From the NCBI GenBank assembly GCA_030604855.1, contig JAUVVC010000008.1, forward strand, positions 30,001 to 62,000: a stretch of 32,000 nucleotides of DNA. Reading direction: 5' to 3'. The translations under genes were made by a program, and so were the position numbers. The notes beneath the pieces are model-generated. The model was not told the DNA's origin. It did not search any database and saw only the letters and a program-made list of their open reading frames with translations. This stretch comes from Erysipelotrichaceae bacterium. Its GTDB lineage: Bacteria; Bacillota_I; Bacilli_A; Erysipelotrichales; Erysipelotrichaceae. Below, in pieces: positions 20,242 to 28,380 of the stretch (its first letter is position 1; every line of letters starts with the position of its first letter).

Positions 20242-20703
20242 ATGAAAATACAGGTAAAATACTACAACGACTTAAGTCGGGATGAACTCTATGCCATTCT
20301 CAAAGCACGTGTGGATGTCTTCGTCGTTGAGCAAAACTGTGCGTATCCAGAGATCGATGACAAAGATATACACGCATGGCATGTGATGCTTATGGATGGG
20401 GATACGCTTGTGGCTTACCTTCGTGTCTTGGAAGCAGGTGTTTCCTTTGAACATGTGTCGATTGGTCGCGTGCTATCTTTGAAGCGTCATTCAGGCCATG
20501 GAAGAATCGTATTAAAGGAAGGCATCCGTATCGCCTTTGAAACACTCAAGGCAGAAGAAGTGTGGATTGAAGCTCAGAGTTATGCACGAACTTTCTATGC
20601 GAATGAAGGGTTTAGACAAGTATCGGATGAGTTCTTGGAAGATGGTATACCGCATGTTCAAATGGTATTGGAAAAAGAGACTTATCAAGGAGGGATTGAA
20701 TGA
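20242..20703 (+). CDS. GNAT-family N-acetyltransferase, ElaA-like
   Basis: 153 aa. [32 protein letters not shown] is the characteristic ElaA-type N-terminus. The acetyl-CoA loop is RHSGHGRIV. Confidence 0.85.
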   Translation: MKIQVKYYNDLSRDELYAILKARVDVFVVEQNCAYPEIDDKDIHAWHVMLMDGDTLVAYLRVLEAGVSFEHVSIGRVLSLKRHSGHGRIVLKEGIRIAFETLKAEEVWIEAQSYARTFYANEGFRQVSDEFLEDGIPHVQMVLEKETYQGGIE

Positions 20704-21062
20704 CGACACGTATTTACAAACTGACCTTTGCAAGTGTATATCCCTTGTATGTTCAAAAAGCAGAGAAGAAGGGACGTACGCAAGCAGAAGTGGATGAGAT
20801 CATTTTGTGGCTTACGAATTATTCAAAAGAGGCATTGAATCAACACATCCAAAGTGAAATCACCTTTGATGATTTCTTTAAACATGCACCCATGATGAAT
20901 CCCAATCGTCACTTGATCACAGGAGTGATCTGTGGTGTTCGTGTTGAGACGATTGAAGAGCCGTTGATGCGCGAAATACGTTATCTCGATAAACTGATCG
21001 ATGAATTGGCTAAAGGAAAAGCCATGGAGAAGATTCTGAGAAAAACCCAAGTAAAGGACTGA
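20700..21062 (+). CDS. DUF2200-family protein
   Basis: 120 aa. [18 protein letters not shown]...[11 protein letters not shown]...[23 protein letters not shown] closely matches the DUF2200 family as I recall it. Its start overlaps the GNAT stop (ATGA). Confidence 0.8.
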   Translation: MTTRIYKLTFASVYPLYVQKAEKKGRTQAEVDEIILWLTNYSKEALNQHIQSEITFDDFFKHAPMMNPNRHLITGVICGVRVETIEEPLMREIRYLDKLIDELAKGKAMEKILRKTQVKD

Positions 21063-21094
21063 GTGATAAGGTTGTGAACAAATTGTCAAAAGTC

Positions 21095-21123
21095 TTGAAT
21101 TCATCGAAGTTCCGATGTACGAT
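21095..21123 (+). promoter_or_regulatory. Sigma-A-type promoter candidate for the alpha/beta hydrolase gene
   Basis: TTGAAT (21095-21100), a 17-nt spacer, then TACGAT (21118-21123). This implies a leader of about 95 nt. Confidence 0.35.
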
Positions 21124-21224
21124 ACGCTTAGAGATCAAATGTCATAACATATCATTTCATCGCAACCCTTCGTTTTAAGTGCGTGAAACAAGCAGATGAC
21201 ATTGAATCGAAAGGAGCTTTTGAC

Positions 21225-21908
21225 ATGGATATCAAACTTCATTACACCGAAACAGGGACAGGCTTTCCACTCATCCTTCTTCATGGAAACAGTGAGAGTG
21301 GCGAAGTCTTTGTGCACCAAAAGGCATACTTCTCCAATGCCTATCGTGTCATTGCGATCGACACACGTGGGCATGGTCAATCGCCAAGGGGATCAGCTCC
21401 CTTTACGATACGTCAGTTCGTAGAGGATCTGCATGCTTTCATGGATGATTTGAAGATCGAAAAGGCACATCTCTTGGGTTTTTCCGATGGAGGAAACATC
21501 GCTTTGCTTTTCGCAATCCAATATCCTGAACGGGTGAGCAAATTGATTGTGAGTGGTGCGAATTTGGATACTTCTGGAGTCAAGGGCATCTATCAAGGCG
21601 TAATTGAGTTGGGCTATAAATTCGCATCCTTTATGGCTAAGATACGTGAAGGCGCTAAAAAGAATGTGGAATTCTTGAGCTTGATGGTGAATGATCCCAA
21701 TATAAAAGTTGAGGATCTTAAAAAGATTAAAGCCCCAACTTTGGTGATGGCTGGGACGAAGGATATGGTGAAAGAGAATCACACCAAACTGATCAAGAAC
21801 ACGATCCCCAATGCCAGTCTTGTGATTATTGAGGGAACACATTTCATACCCGTTAAGAAACATGAAGTGTTTAATAAAGAAGTGAAAGAATTCTTAGATT
21901 TAGCCTGA
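21225..21908 (+). CDS. Alpha/beta-fold hydrolase
   Basis: LILLHGNSESG (oxyanion HG), nucleophile elbow GFSDGGN, and C-terminal GTHF (His). I chose ATG 21225 (SD AAAGGAG) over the track's GTG 21183. Confidence 0.85.
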   Translation: MDIKLHYTETGTGFPLILLHGNSESGEVFVHQKAYFSNAYRVIAIDTRGHGQSPRGSAPFTIRQFVEDLHAFMDDLKIEKAHLLGFSDGGNIALLFAIQYPERVSKLIVSGANLDTSGVKGIYQGVIELGYKFASFMAKIREGAKKNVEFLSLMVNDPNIKVEDLKKIKAPTLVMAGTKDMVKENHTKLIKNTIPNASLVIIEGTHFIPVKKHEVFNKEVKEFLDLA

Positions 21909-21910
21909 CA

Positions 21911-21936
21911 AGTCGATCGTAACGATCGACTTTTTC
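21911..21936 (+). terminator. Rho-independent terminator
   Basis: AGTCGATCG (21911-21919) pairs with CGATCGACT (21923-21931) around a 3-nt loop, followed by TTTTTCTTT. Confidence 0.8.
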
Positions 21937-21944
21937 TTTGTAAT

Positions 21945-21960
21945 TTTGACGTGTGTCAAA
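21945..21960. promoter_or_regulatory. Crp/Fnr-type palindromic box TTTGAC-N4-GTCAAA upstream of the metal-ATPase operon
   Basis: A perfect 6+6 inverted repeat with a 4-nt spacer, in FNR-box geometry (TTGAT-N4-ATCAA). Its centre at 21952.5 is about 41-42 nt upstream of the TSS predicted from the -10 TAAGAT (21982-21987). There is no -35 element, as in class II activated promoters. Confidence 0.55.
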
Positions 21961-22013
21961 GATTTCAATGACTTCATGGTTTAAGATAGGAATGTCCCTA
22001 AGGAGGTCACATC

Positions 22014-22226
22014 ATGAACAAAACATATCAACTTGAAACGATTTCATGCCCATCTTGCATTAAAAAGATTGAAGGTATGCTTAAGACTTTAGATGGCGTT
22101 GAAAGCTCAGAAGTACTTTTCAACTCTTCACGCGTCAAAGTGAACTTTGATGAAAGTACCATTTCATCCGCATTGATCAAGGCGAAGATCCACCAACTCG
22201 GCTATAACGTACTCAGTGAAAAGTAA
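22014..22226 (+). CDS. Heavy-metal-associated (HMA) domain metallochaperone, CopZ-like
   Basis: 70 aa with a ferredoxin-like HMA pattern and the CxxC metal site ISCPSCIKKIEGML. SD AGGAGG. Confidence 0.88.
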   Translation: MNKTYQLETISCPSCIKKIEGMLKTLDGVESSEVLFNSSRVKVNFDESTISSALIKAKIHQLGYNVLSEK

Positions 22227-24090
22227 GTTGAACACCATGTTCAAGCTCACAAAAAAACATATCATACAGCTCTCGACGGTGATGATCGTTTTGGCCTTTG
22301 TCTTAAGTCGTTTTTTACATCTTCAAAACCTAGCCGTAGCCTTGATGCTGGGAACGACGTTCATTGCTGGCACGCCGATCTTTAAGAAAGCTTGGTCTGC
22401 GCTACGATACAAGATCATTGGCATCGATGCCTTGGTTTCAATTGCGGTCATTGGGGCTTTATTTATTGGTGAATATTGGGAAGCCGCAGCGGTGACCTAT
22501 TTATTCATGTTGGGAGATTATCTCGAATCACGAACCATCGATAAGACGCGTGAATCCATCAAGGCGCTCTTAGATCTCGCACCCAAGCAAAGTGTGGTTA
22601 TTCGTGATGGCGTTGAAATGACGATACCTGCGGATGAGGTGCTGATCAACGATACGGTCATCGTACGTTCCGGTGAGAAGATTGCGGTGGATGGGACGGT
22701 TCTTAAGGGAATAGCGTCAGTCAATCAAGCTTCAATCACTGGTGAATCCTTACCGGTTCAAAAAGAAGAAGGCATGGAAGTGTATTCTGGTACGATGTTG
22801 GAGACGGGTTATCTTTTGATTCGTGCCGACAAGGTGGGTGAAGACACCACCTTTGCCAAAATCTTACAATTGGTGGAAGATGCTCAAGACTCTAAAGCCA
22901 AAACACAGAAATTCATGGAGCGCTTCGCTCGTTACTATACGCCCTTTGTGGTGGTGTTGGCAGTTGTGATGTATTTCATCACGCGAGATGTGGAATTGGC
23001 CTTGACCATCATCGTCATCGCTTGTCCAGGAGCTTTGGTCATATCGACACCGGTCTCGATTGTGGCGGGTATCGGAAGTGGAGCCAAACATGGGGTGTTG
23101 TTTAAAGGGGGGGAATCGATTGAGAAGCTCGGGAAGATCAAAGTGCTCGCATTCGATAAAACGGGAACCCTTACTCAAGGCAAACCGGTCGTCACTTCCA
23201 TCGCGTCTTTCAATGGATACACTGAGCAAGAAGTATTGGTCATTGCGGCAAGTGGTGAAACCACCTCTGAGCACCCACTTGCCAAGGCCGTCATTGATTA
23301 CGCTCAAAACCAAGGAATGGATATCCAACAACCGGAATCAACCGAAATCATCCCTGGTCAAGGTTTACGTTTTGAATTTAAGGGGAAGGTTTATTATCTC
23401 GGGAATCGCAAACTAACCCAAACGGAGCACATCCAACTGAGCGCAGAAGCTGAAAAGAGTCTTCAGACACATGAAGAAGCTGGGGAGACCGGAATCATTC
23501 TTACCGATGATAAAACGGTATTGGCTTTGATCTATATTGCCGACACCATTCGTCCGGAAGCGGTTCAGCTGATCTCAAGATTGCGTAAGAGCGGCATCAA
23601 ACATATGGTCATGCTTACCGGAGATAACCCCCGTACGGCACAAGCCATTGCCAAACAACTCCATTTGGACGATGTTCGCAGTGAACTTCTCCCTGCGGAT
23701 AAGGCCAATGTGTTGAAAGAATTCAAATCCACCTATGGCCACGTCGCCATGGTTGGGGATGGCATCAACGATGCACCAGCTCTGGCCAGTGCGGATATCG
23801 GAATAGCGATGGGCGGTGTTGGATCGGATGTGGCGATGGAGACAGCGGATGTCATTCTCTTGTCTGCAGAACTCAGAAAGCTCGATTTCGCTTTAGGACT
23901 CAGTCGTGCCACGGTTCAAAACATGAGCCAGAATATCATCTTTGCACTGTTTGTGGCGGGGACTTTATTGGCGGGCGTTTTGGTCAAGACCGTCAATCTC
24001 TCCTTTGGCATGCTTATCCATGAACTATCCGTCTTCCTTGTAATCGTGAATGCGGTACGGTTGTTAAAATACAAAGAAACTCAAAAATAA
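22216..24090 (+). CDS. Heavy-metal-translocating P1B-type ATPase without an N-terminal metal-binding domain; atypical CPG transmembrane motif
   Basis: TGES (ITGESLPV), DKTGTLT, HP dipeptide (SEHPLAKAV), MLTGDN and GDGINDAPAL. The TM4 motif reads IACPGALVISTP and the TM6 motif LIHELSVFLVIVNAVRLL. The GTG 22216 start overlaps the HMA gene by 11 nt; ATG 22237 is an alternative start. Confidence 0.9.
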   Translation: MKSKLNTMFKLTKKHIIQLSTVMIVLAFVLSRFLHLQNLAVALMLGTTFIAGTPIFKKAWSALRYKIIGIDALVSIAVIGALFIGEYWEAAAVTYLFMLGDYLESRTIDKTRESIKALLDLAPKQSVVIRDGVEMTIPADEVLINDTVIVRSGEKIAVDGTVLKGIASVNQASITGESLPVQKEEGMEVYSGTMLETGYLLIRADKVGEDTTFAKILQLVEDAQDSKAKTQKFMERFARYYTPFVVVLAVVMYFITRDVELALTIIVIACPGALVISTPVSIVAGIGSGAKHGVLFKGGESIEKLGKIKVLAFDKTGTLTQGKPVVTSIASFNGYTEQEVLVIAASGETTSEHPLAKAVIDYAQNQGMDIQQPESTEIIPGQGLRFEFKGKVYYLGNRKLTQTEHIQLSAEAEKSLQTHEEAGETGIILTDDKTVLALIYIADTIRPEAVQLISRLRKSGIKHMVMLTGDNPRTAQAIAKQLHLDDVRSELLPADKANVLKEFKSTYGHVAMVGDGINDAPALASADIGIAMGGVGSDVAMETADVILLSAELRKLDFALGLSRATVQNMSQNIIFALFVAGTLLAGVLVKTVNLSFGMLIHELSVFLVIVNAVRLLKYKETQK

Positions 24091-24119
24091 GGTATGATTG
24101 ATTCATAGGAGATCGATCT

Positions 24120-24806
24120 ATGACTTGTAATCATCATGCAAAAGAATCCGATAACTGTATCCAATGGGTACCCATCTTCAGCAATCTCTCAGAAGAAGAA
24201 ATGCTGGAAGTGGCATACATCACCCATGAGGCACGTTTTGATAAGGGTTCTTTTGTTTATATGGCGGAAGATCCCGGAGGTAAGCTCTATGTTTTGCATA
24301 AAGGTAAAGTCAAGATCTCACGCATCGCTCAGAACGGCAAGGAACAAGTCCTTCGTATTGTAGAACCAGGTGAATTTTTGGGTGAGTTGAATCTCTTCAG
24401 TTCAAACAAGATCATGGACAATGCGGAAGTTCTGGAGCCTACCGTCATGTGTCTGATTGAAGCGGAGCCTTTGAAAGCCTTGATGGCCAAGTATCCGTCC
24501 ATTGCCTTCAAAGTCATGGAAGTTCTTAGCCAACGTTTGAATCAAGCAGAAACTTTGATTGAAAACATCAATCTCTATACTGTTGAGCAACGCATCGCTC
24601 ACCAACTCTTGCATCTTTCTGAAGGTAAACGGTCGATCCATCTCAAGATGAGTAAGGGAGATCTGGCTTCGCAAATGGGCATGAGCCAGGAGACATTGAG
24701 TCGCAAGCTCACAGCCTTTCAGGAAATGGGTTGGATTGATTTGGAAGGTCAGCGTATCATCCACATCAAGAATCGTCTCGCACTCGAACAAAGCTTATCC
24801 GATTGA
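24120..24806 (+). CDS. Crp/Fnr-family transcriptional regulator (FNR-like protein, FLP type)
   Basis: 228 aa. A cNMP-binding-like beta-barrel (PGEFLGEL) and a C-terminal HTH whose recognition helix MSQETLSRKL carries the FNR-type E--SR motif. Cys3, Cys13 and Cys111 are present but not a full FNR 4-Cys cluster. Only 29 nt downstream of the ATPase gene. Confidence 0.88.
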   Translation: MTCNHHAKESDNCIQWVPIFSNLSEEEMLEVAYITHEARFDKGSFVYMAEDPGGKLYVLHKGKVKISRIAQNGKEQVLRIVEPGEFLGELNLFSSNKIMDNAEVLEPTVMCLIEAEPLKALMAKYPSIAFKVMEVLSQRLNQAETLIENINLYTVEQRIAHQLLHLSEGKRSIHLKMSKGDLASQMGMSQETLSRKLTAFQEMGWIDLEGQRIIHIKNRLALEQSLSD

Positions 24807-24828
24807 CAAGCAGAAATGCTTGTTTTTA
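24806..24828 (+). terminator. Rho-independent terminator of the HMA-ATPase-flp operon
   Basis: ACAAGCA (24806-24812) pairs with TGCTTGT (24817-24823) around loop GAAA, followed by TTTTAT. Confidence 0.7.
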
Positions 24829-24943
24829 TATGGAAGTGAAAAATCTTTGCGTATCAATTAGTGAGTGAATACCAACAGAAAGTTGATGTAAACAACATAG
24901 AAGTAAGCTAAACTTAAGATGTTCAAATTAGGAGATGTCAACG

Positions 24944-25663
24944 ATGCGTCAAAAAGTTCGTAAGTCATTCCTCTATCTCTCCGCACTCCTCTTTCCCGTA
25001 ACACTTAATTATTTTTCACCTTATGTCTCAATCGACGGGGCTTTTTTGGGTATTGTAAGTGGGAGTGTCATTGTGTTTGGTTTACTATTTGTGTCCGCAT
25101 TGTTTCTTGGCCGAGCTTGGTGTGCTTGGTTGTGCCCTGCAGGGGGTATCAGTGCGTTTGCACAAACCATCAACGCAAAAACTGTCCCTGTCAAAAGACT
25201 GAAATATGTTCGATATGGAATATTCACGGTTTGGTTAAGCATTTTGATTCTAGGGTTTGTATTGGCTGGAGGCATCAAAGGCGTCAATCCTTTACATCTT
25301 ACAGACACAGGTTTTTCAGTTGATGAACCTATTAAATACCTCATGTATTACTTGGTTGTATTTACCTGGTTAGGTTTATCGTTCTGGTTGGGCAAACGAG
25401 GAGCGTGTCATGCGATCTGTTGGATGTCGCCATTTTTGGTTGCAGGTACTTGGCTTGGCCAAAAGCTTCATCTTCCCCAATTAAAGATCAAGAGTGACCC
25501 TAATTTATGTATAAATTGTAAGCAATGTACGAAAGTCTGCCCAATGAGTATTATGGTTCATGAGGAGCTTATGCAAGGAGTGATTTCCAATACAGACTGC
25601 ATACGCTGTGCGGAATGTGTGGATGCATGTCCAAAGTCGGTGTTAAGATTAAACATCCATTAG
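24944..25663 (+). CDS. Membrane-bound 4Fe-4S ferredoxin-type protein (NapH/NosH/RdhC-like polyferredoxin)
   Basis: Four or five TM helices. The CX3CP motif WCAWLCPAGG and a second CHAICW, then two ferredoxin motifs CINCKQCTKVCP and CIRCAECVDACP at the C-terminus. I chose ATG 24944 (9 nt after GGAG) over ATG 24935, which directly abuts the SD. Confidence 0.85.
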   Translation: MRQKVRKSFLYLSALLFPVTLNYFSPYVSIDGAFLGIVSGSVIVFGLLFVSALFLGRAWCAWLCPAGGISAFAQTINAKTVPVKRLKYVRYGIFTVWLSILILGFVLAGGIKGVNPLHLTDTGFSVDEPIKYLMYYLVVFTWLGLSFWLGKRGACHAICWMSPFLVAGTWLGQKLHLPQLKIKSDPNLCINCKQCTKVCPMSIMVHEELMQGVISNTDCIRCAECVDACPKSVLRLNIH

Positions 25664-25728
25664 TCAAAAAGGACACAGTTCTTAATTTACGCCAGCGATA
25701 TTTGATACAATAATCATGAGGTATGGAT

Positions 25729-26574
25729 ATGCGCATTCTACAAACATCATTATTGACGCAAAAAGTCAAAGAACTTTTTATTGAAGCCAATGTGGACATT
25801 GGTCCATCTTTAGTTGATCGCTTACGTTCAGCCATGGAAGCAGAAGCTTCTCCAATCGGAAAGAATGTACTCGCTAAGATCATTGCGAACGATGAATATG
25901 CAAAACGTGAGAAGATTGCGATCTGTCAAGATACAGGGGTTTCTGTTGTGTTCATCGATATCGGTCAAGATGTTCATTTTGATGGGGGCGACTTCAATGA
26001 AGCCATTCATGAAGGTGTACGTCAAGCGTATAAAGAAGGGTATTTGAGAAAATCGGTTGTGTCCGATCCTTTGTTTGATCGCAAGAATACACAGGACAAC
26101 ACACCTGCGATCATTCATCTTCGTATCATTCCGGGGAATGAAGTGCTTATAAAAGTCATGCCAAAAGGTTTTGGCAGTGAAAACATGAGTACGCTCAAAC
26201 TCTTTGCCCCCTCAGTAGGCATCGAAGGGGTCAAACGATTCATCATCGAAACCATAGAAAAAGCAGGTCCCAATGCTTGTCCACCGATGATCGTTGGGGT
26301 GGGAATTGGAGGAACATTTGAGCAAGCCGCTTTGATCGCAAAGCGTGCCGTCTTACGTGGACCTGATCATCCGAACTTAGACCCACGATATTATGAGTTG
26401 GAGAAAGAACTACTTGATCTAGCCAATCGTTTAGGGATTGGGCCAGCAGGCATGGGTGGTAGCACCACTGTTCTTGCCGTAAACATTGAGCATCATCCAA
26501 CACACATCGCATCGATTCCGGTTGCGATCAATATCAGTTGTCATGCGTCGCGGCATGCGGAAGGCGTTCTCTAA
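25729..26574 (+). CDS. Fe-S type (class I) fumarate hydratase / tartrate dehydratase-family hydro-lyase, alpha (N-terminal) subunit
   Basis: AICQDTGVSVVFIDIG (CQDTG cluster-ligand motif), GFGSENMS and PPMIVGVGIGG. I prefer ATG 25729 (7 nt after GAGG) to 25723. Confidence 0.9.
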   Translation: MRILQTSLLTQKVKELFIEANVDIGPSLVDRLRSAMEAEASPIGKNVLAKIIANDEYAKREKIAICQDTGVSVVFIDIGQDVHFDGGDFNEAIHEGVRQAYKEGYLRKSVVSDPLFDRKNTQDNTPAIIHLRIIPGNEVLIKVMPKGFGSENMSTLKLFAPSVGIEGVKRFIIETIEKAGPNACPPMIVGVGIGGTFEQAALIAKRAVLRGPDHPNLDPRYYELEKELLDLANRLGIGPAGMGGSTTVLAVNIEHHPTHIASIPVAINISCHASRHAEGVL

Positions 26575-27125
26575 TGGAAAAGAAAATACAATTACCACTG
26601 GATGAGGAAACCATTCTAAGTTTGCATGCAGGGGATACGGTATTATTATCAGGAACGTTGATTACAGGCAGAGATGCGGCGCATCTACGCTTGATTCAAA
26701 CACTTGAAAAGGGTGAGGACTTACCTATTGAACTCAAGGGTGAAGTCATCTATTATGTTGGACCTGCACCTGCAAGTCCTAATCATTTTGTTGGTTCTGC
26801 AGGACCGACATCCAGTTATCGCATGGATCCATTCACACCGACTTTGTTGGATGTTGGTCTAAAAGGTATTATCGGCAAAGGCGATCGTAGTCAACGTGTC
26901 ATCGATGCTTTAGTTCGCAATAAAGCAGTTTATTTTGCGGCAATCGGTGGTTTAGGAGCGTTGATTGCTCAAACCATTACTAAAAGTGAAGTCTTAGCGT
27001 ATGCAGATTTAGGTACAGAGGCTATACATCGTTTCTGGATTGAAGATTTTCCTGTTGTCGTAGCCATTGATGCTTATGGAAACAACCTCTATCAGATCGA
27101 ACAAGCCAAGTATCGTAAGGAGTAA
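26574..27125 (+). CDS. Fe-S type (class I) fumarate hydratase-family hydro-lyase, beta (C-terminal) subunit
   Basis: GTLITGRDAAH, GPAPA and GPTSSYRMDPF motifs. Its start ATG overlaps the alpha-subunit stop (TAATG). The track's upstream extension (26538) lies inside the alpha gene. Confidence 0.9.
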   Translation: MEKKIQLPLDEETILSLHAGDTVLLSGTLITGRDAAHLRLIQTLEKGEDLPIELKGEVIYYVGPAPASPNHFVGSAGPTSSYRMDPFTPTLLDVGLKGIIGKGDRSQRVIDALVRNKAVYFAAIGGLGALIAQTITKSEVLAYADLGTEAIHRFWIEDFPVVVAIDAYGNNLYQIEQAKYRKE

Positions 27126-27126
27126 A

Positions 27127-28287
27127 ATGTCAGATATCTATCAAAAAGCGCTTGAAGCGCATGCCTTATGGAAAGGTAAGTTACGTATCGAAGTCAATGC
27201 GCCAGTCAGTAATCGTGAAGAACTCAGCATCGCGTATACGCCAGGTGTCGCAGAGCCCTGTCGTGCGATTCATAAAGATCCGAGTAAAGTATATGACTAT
27301 ACCTGGGTGGGCAATACGGTTGCGGTCATCACCGATGGGACTGCTGTTTTAGGTTTGGGCGATATTGGACCAAAGGCAAGTCTTCCCGTCATGGAAGGTA
27401 AATGTGCCCTGTTTAAGGCATTTGCTGGGATTGATGCGATCCCCATTGCATTGGATACAAAAGATCCCGATGAGCTCATCCAAATCATTAAAGCCTTAGC
27501 TCCGAGTTTTGGTGGTATCAATCTTGAAGATATTTCTGCACCCCGTTGTGTTCAGATTGAACGAGCGCTCAAAGATCAATTGGATATCCCTGTCTTTCAT
27601 GATGACCAACATGGGACAGCCATTGTCGTATCAGCCGCATTGATCAATGCGTTGAAGTTGGTGAATAAAGAGATGTCTTCAATCAAACTTGTCGTGAGTG
27701 GAGCGGGAGCTGCAGGCAGTGCGATACTGTTCATGCTTAGAAATTTGGGTGTAAAAAATATCTTCGCATTTCGTAAAGAAGGCATTATCCTAAAGGATGA
27801 TAAACATGACTTTTTAACGAAGGAACTGGCGGAATTCACCAATCCTGAACAAGCAGACATGAGCTTAGCGGAAGCTCTGGTTGGGGCAGATGTCTTTATC
27901 GGTGTTTCAGCACCACGTTTACTCAATTCAGATATGGTGAAGTCGATGAATAAAGATGCGATCATCTTTGCCTTGGCCAATCCTGAGCCTGAAATTGATT
28001 ATCATATCGCAAAAGAAGCGGGTGCCAGGGTTGTGGCAACAGGTCGCTCAGACTATCCCAATCAGATAAACAATGTGCTTGTTTTCCCAGGCATCTTCAA
28101 AGGAGCCTTAGGTAGTCGAGCTAAACAAATAACTGAGGATATGAAAATCCGTGCAGCAGAAGCCATCGCTTCATTAGTCTCAGTCGAAGAATTATCCGAT
28201 GAATACATCATCCCTTCAGTATTCGATGCACGTGTAGCGGAGGCCGTATCGAAAGCGGTTGAAGAAGAGTCTCTGAAAGCGCTTTAA
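27127..28287 (+). CDS. NAD(P)-dependent malic enzyme (oxaloacetate-decarboxylating malate dehydrogenase)
   Basis: LSIAYTPGVAEPC, TDGTAVLGLGDIGP, NLEDISAPRC, FHDDQHGTA and SGAGAAG. ATG 27127 follows SD AAGGAG. The track's 27067 start lies inside the previous gene. Confidence 0.92.
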   Translation: MSDIYQKALEAHALWKGKLRIEVNAPVSNREELSIAYTPGVAEPCRAIHKDPSKVYDYTWVGNTVAVITDGTAVLGLGDIGPKASLPVMEGKCALFKAFAGIDAIPIALDTKDPDELIQIIKALAPSFGGINLEDISAPRCVQIERALKDQLDIPVFHDDQHGTAIVVSAALINALKLVNKEMSSIKLVVSGAGAAGSAILFMLRNLGVKNIFAFRKEGIILKDDKHDFLTKELAEFTNPEQADMSLAEALVGADVFIGVSAPRLLNSDMVKSMNKDAIIFALANPEPEIDYHIAKEAGARVVATGRSDYPNQINNVLVFPGIFKGALGSRAKQITEDMKIRAAEAIASLVSVEELSDEYIIPSVFDARVAEAVSKAVEEESLKAL

Positions 28288-28380
28288 TTTATTTACATAA
28301 TAGTGTAGACTAGAACTATAGAACCACTTATCCATGCCAACCGAATGTATTCATATGTTTAAAAAGTAATGATGTACAAT

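Noticed and set aside
24883-24896. FNR-like half-palindrome TTGAT-GTAA-ACAAC upstream of the polyferredoxin gene, as a second site for the Crp/Fnr regulator.
   Set aside because: The right half does not match ATCAA or GTCAA. Its spacing to the nearest -10-like hexamer (TAAGAT 24915-24920) is 4 bp off from the arrangement at the 21945-21960 box. The evidence is insufficient.
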